This document shows positions 29,308-36,546 of a stretch of 64,000 bases of DNA, piece by piece. The notes under the pieces were generated by a model that searched no databases, was not told the origin of the DNA, and saw only the letters and a program-made list of their open reading frames with translations. This stretch comes from a virus (taxonomy: Duplodnaviria; Heunggongvirae; Uroviricota; Caudoviricetes), in the IMG/VR virus record IMGVR_UViG_3300029904_000001, positions 1-64,000 of that record; one strand, written 5' to 3'. Position 1 is the first letter of the stretch. Each line of letters starts with the position of its first letter. Position numbers and translations under genes: made by a program.

Positions 29308-31128
29308 ATGCAAGTAGTAGAATTTAATCAGAAAAATGAGAATCCGTTTTATGGACTTAAAGCGTGTTTAACGATTTATCAGCGTAATCAGTTTTTAATA
29401 GTACAGGATTTTGAAAACGCTTTTCAGGAAGTAAGAAACGATCCCGAGAAACTTAAGATGTTTTATTCGTTGTGTTTCTCAATCGGAGATATAACGAATA
29501 GACAACACAACATCTTTCACGGTAAGAAGAAAGATTCTGGTGGAATGTCTCAAAGAGAATCGTTTTACAACTTTGTTATTTGGCTTTGGGAAAATCAAAG
29601 AGAACAGTTTATAGAGTTTCTTTATAAAGGTCTCTTTAACGAATATAATTGCTTTGATACTCTGCTTCGAAATAGAGTTCGATCGAATAAGCAAGGTGCG
29701 ATTATATCTAAATTCACAATGTTGACGGATGCTAATTATCGAAAGGTTCTTGCTGAATATTTCTATAAGGTTATTAACGGAAACAACCCATTTAATAAAC
29801 AGCTGATCGCTAAGTTTCTTACACTTCCAAGATTGGGTAAACGTTCAAAACATCAAAAGATGTTAACTGAAACATTTACTTTAATGAAAGCTAAAGCAGA
29901 TTTCTTAAAGGAACTTAGCGATTTAATGGGTTGGGAATATGTTTACAAAGGTAACTTCGCCAACTTTGTCGGATTTCGTAAATGGAGACGCGATTATAAT
30001 GGAGAGAACGAATCGGTATTGTTTTCAACTGGAAAGATAAACGATTTTGATCGAGATGAATTTATTACCTGGTTAGATAAACAACCAGCTGGTGCAAGAT
30101 TTAGAGTTAGAAATCGAGTAATGTTTCCTGAATCTGATGGTTCTTTCAAATGGCCTAAGCTTAAGACCTGGTTTGAAGAATGGGAACAGTATAAAGAATC
30201 TAAGCAACAGGAGCAGCGTGTTCTTGAGGAAAAAGTTAGACAAGGTACAGCAACTTCTGAAGATGTTGAGAAACTAAAGAAAGTTCAAAAAGAAGCTAAA
30301 GTTACTGTCGGAGCAACTACATTTAAAGATATATGGAACGGTATACTTAATAATAATGTGGATAAACTCAAGTTTGAAACATTTACTAATAAAGTAAATC
30401 TTCCATATAATGCACTTGTTATTGTAGATGATTCTGGCAGTATGTCTGGTGCTCCTTTCAATTTTGCTACTTTCTTGGCATCCATTTGTCTCATTAAGAA
30501 TCCAGATGATGAAGGTAGAAATCTTATCGGTATGTTTAATAATACAGCTCGTTTGTATCAGTTTATCGATAAGAAAGCTACTAATGTACCGAATTCACTT
30601 TGGAGAAGAGCAAATACTATCAGTATAGTTCCAGAAGCATTTGTAGACCCTCATCGAAGCGTGTACGAGAATTATAAACGTATTGATAATTTCATGCGAG
30701 CTGTATATCAGAGTGGTGGAACTAATATCTCGTCGATTCCCGAGGGTTTCAAGGAGATGGCAGATCAAAATCCAGAGATAATGGATGCTCTAAAGAATTA
30801 TCCTGTGTGGTGTATTGCAAGCGATTGCGAATGGAACAATTTATATAGTCCTGAGGCTTCGATGAATGATTTCATGCGTAAGTGTGAAGACTATTTTGGC
30901 TATAGACCATTTATCATTGCGATAGATGTTAGTTATAGTCATTATTCACAAGTCAACGTAGAGCAATTTAGTGGAATTGACAATTTCCTATATGTTCCCG
31001 GTAATCCTGAGATAATCGAGCAGATCTTAATTAACTTTAAGGATATGGATCGATTTGATGTTTATACTCCTCTTCAGAGTGTATATAGATCTAATCGTTA
31101 TGAAATTGTTAGAGCTAATGTAATCTAA
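29308..31128 (+). CDS. large protein with C-terminal von Willebrand factor A domain (MIDAS DxSGS...GGT); Ro60/TROVE-like candidate
   Basis: ..LVIVDDSGSMSGAPF.. (MIDAS DxSxS) then ..QSGGTNISSIP.. (GGT/N element) then ..IIAIDVSY..; ~360-aa alpha-rich N-terminal region; followed by tRNA-like RNA elements. Confidence 0.45.
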   Translation: MQVVEFNQKNENPFYGLKACLTIYQRNQFLIVQDFENAFQEVRNDPEKLKMFYSLCFSIGDITNRQHNIFHGKKKDSGGMSQRESFYNFVIWLWENQREQFIEFLYKGLFNEYNCFDTLLRNRVRSNKQGAIISKFTMLTDANYRKVLAEYFYKVINGNNPFNKQLIAKFLTLPRLGKRSKHQKMLTETFTLMKAKADFLKELSDLMGWEYVYKGNFANFVGFRKWRRDYNGENESVLFSTGKINDFDRDEFITWLDKQPAGARFRVRNRVMFPESDGSFKWPKLKTWFEEWEQYKESKQQEQRVLEEKVRQGTATSEDVEKLKKVQKEAKVTVGATTFKDIWNGILNNNVDKLKFETFTNKVNLPYNALVIVDDSGSMSGAPFNFATFLASICLIKNPDDEGRNLIGMFNNTARLYQFIDKKATNVPNSLWRRANTISIVPEAFVDPHRSVYENYKRIDNFMRAVYQSGGTNISSIPEGFKEMADQNPEIMDALKNYPVWCIASDCEWNNLYSPEASMNDFMRKCEDYFGYRPFIIAIDVSYSHYSQVNVEQFSGIDNFLYVPGNPEIIEQILINFKDMDRFDVYTPLQSVYRSNRYEIVRANVI

Positions 31129-31457
31129 TGAGAGACGAAGCATATATAAAGAGAATGGAGGACTGGTATGAAAAAGGACCAGTTCCATTCTCTTTTGATG
31201 AAGGAGAATTCATTGAAGTTTTTGATGCAAATCAGATATTTAATGATACTGATTTAACTGGTCAACCTTTTCCAGAATTTATAAAAGAAGCAGCAAAACA
31301 TTTTGGAGAAGATGTAGAAGTAGAAACTAATACTGGTACTTTAGTTGGTATTGCATATAGTTATAGAGATTGGTACTATATTGTAGATTATACTGAAGAT
31401 TGGTTATATGTAACTTGTGCATCCAAAATAAAATTTCTGGAAAATTTGGATAATTAA
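31128..31457 (+). CDS. hypothetical acidic protein
   Basis: 109 aa. Confidence 0.4.
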   Translation: MRDEAYIKRMEDWYEKGPVPFSFDEGEFIEVFDANQIFNDTDLTGQPFPEFIKEAAKHFGEDVEVETNTGTLVGIAYSYRDWYYIVDYTEDWLYVTCASKIKFLENLDN

Positions 31458-31558
31458 AAAAATTGTTCTATATTTGCAATGGTGTTAATGGTGTAAGTAG
31501 CTAGCATATTTCACTGTGACTGAAAAGGTATAATTTCGACTATTATTTAACACCCAAT

Positions 31559-31674
31559 ACGATACTTACAATAATTGATTAAAGGGAACTTACTGTCGCT
31601 GGTTCAATTCCAGCATTCTTCGCCATTTTATTGAAGAGTTAGCTCAGTTGGTAGAGCATAAGTTAAAAAGTATC
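31559..31674 (+). ncRNA. tRNA-like element with circularly permuted order (3' half then 5' half) enclosed by an 8-bp flanking helix; Y-RNA/YrlA-like candidate
   Basis: 31587-31624: ACTTA-CTGTC-GCTGG-TTCAATT-CCAGC-ATTCTTC-G-CCA (anticodon-stem 3' strand, T-arm, acceptor 3' strand, CCA). 7-nt spacer. 31632-31662: GAAGAGT-TA-GCTC-AGTTGGTA-GAGC-A-TAAGT (acceptor 5' strand, D-arm, anticodon-stem 5' strand). Acceptor 7/7 and anticodon stem 5/5 are complementary. Flanks CGATACTT (31559) and AAGTATCG (31667) pair. Confidence 0.35.
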
Positions 31675-31779
31675 GTTTTAAGAGATTTTTGTTTACAAAT
31701 TAAAACAATTAAGATTTTATGAAACTAATTAAAATTGGGGGGGGGCAAATAAGTAAATCCCCTAAAAAGGGGGTCATTT

Positions 31780-32379
31780 ATGATAGAAAATAAATGTCCT
31801 TCTGTTACAATCATTGATGCCTTTTTTGGTACAGTAAAAGACGGAGAGGTATATGATATATCACAACATTCGCTTCCTGAAGAATTTGGTATATATGAAC
31901 CTAGTACTGGATCTTCTGATAGTGGTTCTTTTGCTTTAATATATCCATCTGTTTCCAATTATATATCAAACGGATATATAAAAGAAGGAATTCTAATTAA
32001 CAAAAATGGGGTTTTTCGTTATTCGGCAACATCACGTCTTAATAATTCTGAGATGGAGTTAACTAGATTAAGTCGTAAAACGGTTACTCTTACAGATAGT
32101 TCAATCGGATCTACTTCGGTAAGTATTTCAATAAACCGTGATACTAAGGATGAGGTTTTAAACGCAGATGAAACTATAATTGATAATGGTAAACCAGGAT
32201 CACTGTACAACACAATGTGGATTGGAAAATTTGTACAGACTGTAAAACCAACTTCTGTTGGCGCATCAACTATATATTCAGCATTAGCGTTTGATCATAA
32301 TTATGTGTATCGCGCAAAATTAGCTGTTCCAGCCACAGTAACTTCGAGTTCTACTTTAACTTTTGTAAAAATTAGTTAA
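31780..32379 (+). CDS. Ser/Thr-rich structural-like protein embedded in tRNA island
   Basis: 199-aa ORF, no TGA. Confidence 0.4.
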   Translation: MIENKCPSVTIIDAFFGTVKDGEVYDISQHSLPEEFGIYEPSTGSSDSGSFALIYPSVSNYISNGYIKEGILINKNGVFRYSATSRLNNSEMELTRLSRKTVTLTDSSIGSTSVSISINRDTKDEVLNADETIIDNGKPGSLYNTMWIGKFVQTVKPTSVGASTIYSALAFDHNYVYRAKLAVPATVTSSSTLTFVKIS

Positions 32380-32414
32380 AATTATAGTATGACACTTATA
32401 AAATCAAATTTTAG

Positions 32415-32578
32415 ATTGATAATCTCGTGGTCAAGGGTTCAAGTCCCTTCTGGTGCTTCTTATGAAGTGTTAGTAGCTCAGCCGGTTAGAGCACGTATTA
32501 AGTGTCATTAAAACTTATATTAATTATGTTACTTACAAAAACAATTATAATTTTGGGTTCGAGTCCCAATTTTTCCAA
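32415..32578 (+). pseudogene. tRNA fragments / degenerate tRNA-like element (3' T-arm piece followed by 5' GAAGTGT..TAGCTCAG piece and a distal T-arm)
   Basis: AAGGG-TTCAAGT-CCCTT-CTGGTGC, then GAAGTGTTAGTAGCTCAGCCGGTTAGAGCAC..TAAGT..ACTTA..TTGGG-TTCGAGT-CCCAA. The halves do not form a consistent cloverleaf. Confidence 0.25.
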
Positions 32579-32684
32579 GTATGGGAGAAAAGGCGGAATT
32601 GGTTTACGCGCTTGTTTGCAGTACAAGTTTATTTAAAAGTAACATTTTTATATTTTAAATTAAGTTATATTAAAAATAACACAT

Positions 32685-32759
32685 TGATCCGTAGTTCAAT
32701 TTGGTTAGAACATCCGGCTTTGACCCGGAAGGTTGCTGAATCATACTCAGCCGGATCAA
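32685..32759 (+). tRNA. tRNA-Gln (anticodon TTG)
   Basis: TGATCCG/CGGATCA acceptor; D-stem GTTC/GAAC; anticodon stem TCCGG/CCGGA with loop CTTTGAC; T-stem GCTGA/TCAGC. Confidence 0.65.
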
Positions 32760-32876
32760 CTACGTTAATGTTTGACATTTTAATGTTACTTATAATCAAA
32801 TTATCGTTTTGGTTAATGTTTATTTAGGGTATATAAACTAAGTGGTTCAAATCCACATCAAGTAACATTTTTTATT

Positions 32877-32951
32877 GGTCCAGTAGTGTAACTGCGTAAC
32901 ACACCTCGCTTTCAATGAGGAGATTGTTGGGTTGGAGTCCCACTTGGATCA
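32877..32951 (+). tRNA. tRNA, probably Glu (anticodon TTC) with a non-canonical T-loop; alternative register would give TCA
   Basis: GGTCCAG..TTGGATC acceptor (2 GU); D-stem GTGT/ACAC; anticodon stem CCTCG/TGAGG with loop CTTTCAA; T-loop TTGGAGT. Confidence 0.4.
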
Positions 32952-33054
32952 CGATTTTTGGTTAGGATTTTAAACATGTTAACGATTATGATACTTATAA
33001 TAATATATTATAACGTGATCATTGGGATCTGGTATTAGTATAGTATCATTTTAA

Positions 33055-33137
33055 CCCTCTGTGGAGGAATTAGGCAGACTCGCTTGTCTTAGAAACAAGT
33101 GTCGAAAGACGTATCGGTTCAAGTCCGGTCAGAGGGA
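33055..33137 (+). tRNA. tRNA-Leu (anticodon TAG), type II with long variable arm
   Basis: CCCTCTG/CAGAGGG acceptor; anticodon stem CTTGT/ACAAG with loop CTTAGAA; variable arm; T-arm ATCGG-TTCAAGT-CCGGT; 83 nt. Confidence 0.65.
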
Positions 33138-33253
33138 CTAAAAAGTCACTTATAATAAAATTAATTTATTAAATTGAGGATCTATAGGTAAATTATTTTA
33201 TTATAATATGACTTATATTTAAAAGATTAATTAATATTTTTACAATAACTTAT

Positions 33254-33949
33254 ATGGGAAAAATTTTAACATATGAAGATATTGAAGCGGAAGGTGGTAC
33301 GATTAATCGTCGAACAACAAATCCTCCTGGTGAACCGGGCCTAAAATTTTATGAAGGTGATGCTCACTGTCCTGCTTCATCGGATTGATGGCGTATAACA
33401 AATGTAGCATGTCCTTATTCGGCAGCTAATAAACGTTGTACCGATACAACAACTATTGCGTTAAGTAGTCCAGCTTATTTTGGATATGCGTGATCTAATA
33501 GTACATCTAGCACAACCAAACAGTCTGAGAATTGTACTGTTACGTTTCCAGATGGTATTAATTATCAGATTAACTTTCCAGTCATGTCTAGCGTGCAATT
33601 TAGAGTAAATACTACTGGTTATAACGATATTATTATACAGTGAGGTAATCAGAATTTAAACTTAATTGCGCCACATAATTCTGATGGAGCATATTCGATT
33701 AACGAAATTTCAATCACATTTGATCAAAAGACCACTGGTACTTTTCAAGCATTTTATGGTTATTACTATCGGACTGTTTCAAATCAACTTTATATTGATG
33801 GGTTTACATCAATAGGATTTGCAAAAACAGTAAGTACTCCCACTGACACAATTTCTTTCCGTGGTATAACAATTCCAAAAATGCCGACAAATAAGAGTTA
33901 TGATGGAATTGTTTTAGTGATTGGTAATCCAAGTGAATTGAAATCTTAA
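33254..33949 (+). CDS. Thr/Ser-rich structural-like protein with three in-frame TGA=Trp, inside the tRNA island
   Basis: Continuous 231-aa frame ATG..TAA containing ..SSD-W-W-RITNVACPYSAANKRC.., ..YFGYA-W-SNS.., ..IIQ-W-GNQNLNL.. Confidence 0.5.
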
Positions 33950-34044
33950 TGTAAATAATTTAACAATTTTTAATATAAAAAGATACCTACAATCAATATT
34001 TTTTATGATTATTATGAAATAACTTAAATTTGGTATCTTAAGAT

Positions 34045-34203
34045 GATCCCATAGCTTAGTTGGTAAAGCACAGCGCTTTCTGGATGTAGTTCAGTTGGTA
34101 GAATGCAAATTTTGGGAATTTGTGGTCGCTGGATCGTGCCCAGCCATCCAGACTTTACTTGAAATTAACGCTGGGAGCGTGAGTTCGAGTCTCACTGGGA
34201 TCA
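34045..34203 (+). tRNA. split (nested) tRNA whose anticodon loop contains a complete tRNA-Pro; anticodon undetermined (TTT if the outer exons are joined at CTTT|TAA)
   Basis: 5' half GATCCCA-TA-GCTT-AGTTGGTA-AAGC-A-CAGCG-CTTT (34045-34079). 3' half ..TTAA-CGCTG-GGAGC-GTGAG-TTCGAGT-CTCAC-TGGGATC-A (34165-34203). Acceptor 7/7, D-stem 4/4, anticodon stem 5/5 and T-stem 5/5 are all complementary across the 73-nt insert. Confidence 0.45.
34080..34152 (+). tRNA. tRNA-Pro (anticodon TGG), located inside the anticodon loop of the outer tRNA
   Basis: CTGGATG/CATCCAG acceptor; TA; D-arm GTTC-AGTTGGTA-GAAT; anticodon stem CAAAT/ATTTG with loop TTTGGGA; T-stem GCTGG/CCAGC; T-loop ATCGTGC (A54/T58 swap); discriminator A. 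Confidence 0.6.
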
Positions 34204-34272
34204 CAACATAAAAATATAACACTGCAGGATGTCAGAAGTTGATATTTAACGTTGCGTTAAAATAATTTTAAG

Positions 34273-34342
34273 TGTGGGTAGAATTGGTATTCAAAAAGGT
34301 CTCATAAGCCTTTCTCCGCAGGTCCGATTCCTGCACCCGCAT
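34273..34342 (+). tRNA. compact tRNA with CAT anticodon (Met or Ile2-lysidine type), 4-nt D-loop
   Basis: TGTGGGT/ACCCGCA acceptor (1 GU); D-arm GAAT-TGGT-ATTC; anticodon arm AAAGGT-CTCATAA-GCCTTT; T-arm GCAGG-TCCGATT-CCTGC. Confidence 0.45.
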
Positions 34343-34353
34343 CAAATATTAAC

Positions 34354-34425
34354 GGGAAGGTCGTATAATGGTTATTACGGGTGGCTGTTAACCACTTTAT
34401 AGGTGTTCAATTCACCTCTTTCCCG
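34354..34425 (+). tRNA. tRNA-Asn (anticodon GTT)
   Basis: GGGAAGG/CTTTCCC acceptor (1 GU); anticodon stem GGTGG/CCACT with loop CTGTTAA; T-arm AGGTG-TTCAATT-CACCT. Confidence 0.6.
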
Positions 34426-34433
34426 CTCTAAAC

Positions 34434-34506
34434 AACTCTATAATTCAAGTGAATAGAATTTCACACTTCTAATATGAGTATACAGGCTTGAATCCTGTTG
34501 GAGTCA
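34434..34506 (+). tRNA. atypical tRNA-like gene with 4-nt D-loop and 8-nt anticodon loop TTTCACAC (TCA at its centre); identity unresolved
   Basis: AACTCTA..TGGAGTC acceptor (6/7); TA; D-arm ATTC-AAGT-GAAT; stem TAGAA/TTCTA closing loop TTTCACAC; T-arm ACAGG-CTTGAAT-CCTGT. Confidence 0.3.
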
Positions 34507-34519
34507 CAATTAAACAACT

Positions 34520-34838
34520 AGGGGTGTAGTGTAATAGTAGCACAGCGGTCTTTAGCTGATTAGCAATAATCAAATTGGAGCCTTATAGTAGAAATATTAT
34601 AAGTGAACACGATGATAACGTTGAAGCCTTAACAGATGAAGCTGATGGTAACGACGTCGGAATAGATTAAAAATCTAGCCGCGAGAGAGTAGATAATCGT
34701 GTACCTAAGTCGAAAGATATGGTAGTGACGTACTCCAGACTACAAACTTTTTAAGGTAGCGAAAGCTATAGTAGTAAAGCAAAACCGTAGACGGCACGTC
34801 CAAAGTGCCTAGTGAGGGGGCAGAACCTTCCACCCCTG
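34520..34838 (+). tRNA. intron-containing tRNA (type II, long variable arm); predicted spliced anticodon UCA if splice sites are CTT|...G|CAAA
   Basis: 5' exon AGGGGTG-TA-GTGT-AATAGTA-GCAC-A-GCGGT-CTT (34520-34552). 3' exon CAAA-ACCGT-[25-nt arm GGCAC-GTCCAAA-GTGCC]-GAGGG-GGCAGAA-CCTTC-CACCCCT-G (34780-34838). Acceptor 7/7 and anticodon stem GCGGT/ACCGT pair. 5' exon resembles cyanobacterial tRNA-Leu(UAA) exon 1. Confidence 0.35.
34553..34779 (+). other. candidate group I intron in tRNA anticodon loop (between positions 34 and 35)
   Basis: 227 nt. Begins after exon U and ends in G. Contains ..AAATTGGAGCCTTATAG.. and ..TAAGGTAGCGAAAGCTATAG.. resembling conserved elements of tRNA-Leu group I introns (..AATTGAGCCTTAAAG.., ..GTAGCGAAAGC..). 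P7-like AGACTAC/GTAGT. Confidence 0.3.
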
Positions 34839-34941
34839 CTATAAGACAATAAAGATGTCACAATCGCTATAAATTAATGTTGAGAGATTTTATTTAAAGA
34901 AGATTTCAGTGTGAGAGATTAATTAACTTAATGTTTTTATA

Positions 34942-35529
34942 GTGTTAAAAGATCAAATCTTAGAATTAAGAGCACAAGGAAAATCTTATAAAGAGATTTC
35001 TGAGATTCTTCATTGTTCTAAATCTACAGTTAATTATTGATGTAGTCCAGATGGAAAACAGAAAGTAAAAGAGCGTAAAGCAAGACAGCCTCGATGATGG
35101 ATTACATTGCAAAAGAAAGTAGATGATTTTAAGAGAAGAGAAAAATCTCCAAATCCTCGTACTCAAAGTCAGAAAGACTGACAAGGAAGATTTTTAATTA
35201 AAATAAAGTATTTTAAAGAACTTGCTTCAGTAAAAGTGAAAAATTTTACAGCTAAATCATTATTAGATAGTATAGAAGATCCAACTAAAATGAAATGTTA
35301 TTTAACTGGGAGAAATATTGATATAACTAAAGATGACTACCATCTTGATCATATTATGCCAGTTTCTAAAGGTGGATCTAGTTCTCTAGATAATTTGGGT
35401 ATCACTTGTCCACAAGCAAATATGTCAAAAAGTGATATGACAGTTGATGAATATTTATCTTTATGTAAAGAAGTGTTAGAGAATTTTGGATATACTGTAA
35501 CTAAAAAAAATAACACACCTCCTCATTAA
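34942..35529 (+). CDS. HNH homing endonuclease with N-terminal HTH; four in-frame TGA=Trp; free-standing next to intron-containing tRNA
   Basis: GTG start; ..ILELRAQGKSYKEISEILHCSKSTVNY-W-CSPDGK..RQPR-W-W-ITLQ.. then HNH core DDYHLDHIMPVSKGGSSSLDNLGITCPQANMSKSD. Confidence 0.5.
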
Positions 35530-35716
35530 TATTTATACATGATGTTTTAATTAAATGACCACATGTTACTTACAATGATTTATTATTACTAATATTTTTA
35601 TTAATCGGTCATTACTAATTGGCATCCCGAGATGCAGAGATTCCTATATCTCTTAAAAAAGATTTCTATATCTTACTAAAATAGGACTGCTGGTCACAGT
35701 ATTAAGTAACATATCT

Positions 35717-35795
35717 GCCTTCTTAGCTCAACTGGTTAGAGTGTATCACTTTCTGGATGTAGTTCAGTTGGTAGAACATCTGGTTTAGGCGATAA
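35717..35795 (+). pseudogene. degenerate duplicate of the nested-tRNA unit (outer 5' half + CTTT + start of inner CTGGATG.. tRNA), lacking 3' partners
   Basis: GCCTTCT-TA-GCTC-AACTGGTTA-GAGT-G-TATCA-CTTT-CTGGATGTAGTTCAGTTGGTAGAAC.. The shared segment CTTTCTGGATGTAGTTCAGTTGGTAGAA matches 34076-34103 at 28/28 nt. Confidence 0.3.
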
Positions 35796-35965
35796 ACTAA
35801 TTTTTTGTTCTTATTTATTTTAAACAAAATAAAAAGGTGGCTCAGTTCTATAATCTTACTAGAAAAATTCTTCAGAGAATCAGAAAGAGATCATAATCAG
35901 GGGGTCACTACTTCAAGCCCAGCTAGGTCCACAATATTTATTTTTTTATTTATTATTTTTAAAAT

Positions 35966-36427
35966 ATGAAAAAGATCATTCTATTTCTTTTAGTAATATT
36001 GAGTTCTAATACTATTTTTGCGCAACTTAATATTACATCTAGAAGCACACAACCTAAGAAAGTAATGTCTGTTCGTCCAACGTATAGTCAGTTATGGTAT
36101 CAGATTGAAGAATCTGATACTTTATACTTTTTTAGTATCAATACTGACAATCAGTTTGACGATCCTATTTATTTTGCAATAGGTTACAGAAAAAATTCTG
36201 CTATTCAGTCAGTCGAAGATCTCATAGAAATTGCAGAAAAAGGAAATAAAAATAATGAAACTATAAGTGTTCCAGGTATGTACACAGATGATAGAATTTA
36301 TATTAGTTCTGGTGCTATTTTTGGAATAAAAGGTTTAATTCTAACTCAGAGAGGTCATGCAGGAGTTTCTAATCTCAATTTAGGAGAGCTTAGAAGAGTT
36401 TCTGAAAAACTTAAGAGTCAAGAATAA
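35966..36427 (+). CDS. secreted protein (signal peptide)
   Basis: MKKIILFLLVILSSNTIFAQ signal peptide; 153 aa. Confidence 0.45.
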   Translation: MKKIILFLLVILSSNTIFAQLNITSRSTQPKKVMSVRPTYSQLWYQIEESDTLYFFSINTDNQFDDPIYFAIGYRKNSAIQSVEDLIEIAEKGNKNNETISVPGMYTDDRIYISSGAIFGIKGLILTQRGHAGVSNLNLGELRRVSEKLKSQE

Positions 36428-36474
36428 GTTTAATTTGGATTGCTCGGATAGTGGAGAAGATGGTTTCATTATTA

Positions 36475-36546
36475 GCAGCATTAGTATAACGGTTATTATG
36501 TCAGACTTCCAATCTGAATATGGGTGTTCGATTCACCTATGCTGCT
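36475..36546 (+). tRNA. tRNA-Gly (anticodon TCC)
   Basis: GCAGCAT/ATGCTGC acceptor; anticodon stem TCAGA/TCTGA with loop CTTCCAA; T-arm GGGTG-TTCGATT-CACCT. Confidence 0.65.

Noticed and set aside
34076-34168. Treating the 73-nt insert in the outer tRNA as the P1-P2 region of a group I intron
   Set aside because: The whole insertion is under 100 nt, far too short for a group I core, and it folds as a complete cloverleaf with its own acceptor, D, anticodon and T arms.
34520-34838. Interpretation of the intron-containing long-arm tRNA with putative UCA anticodon as tRNA-Sec
   Set aside because: It has G73 and a long arm, but the acceptor stem is 7 bp, there is no SelA/SelB/SECIS context, and the TGA positions align with Trp. 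A suppressor or Leu/Ser-derived tRNA is more plausible.
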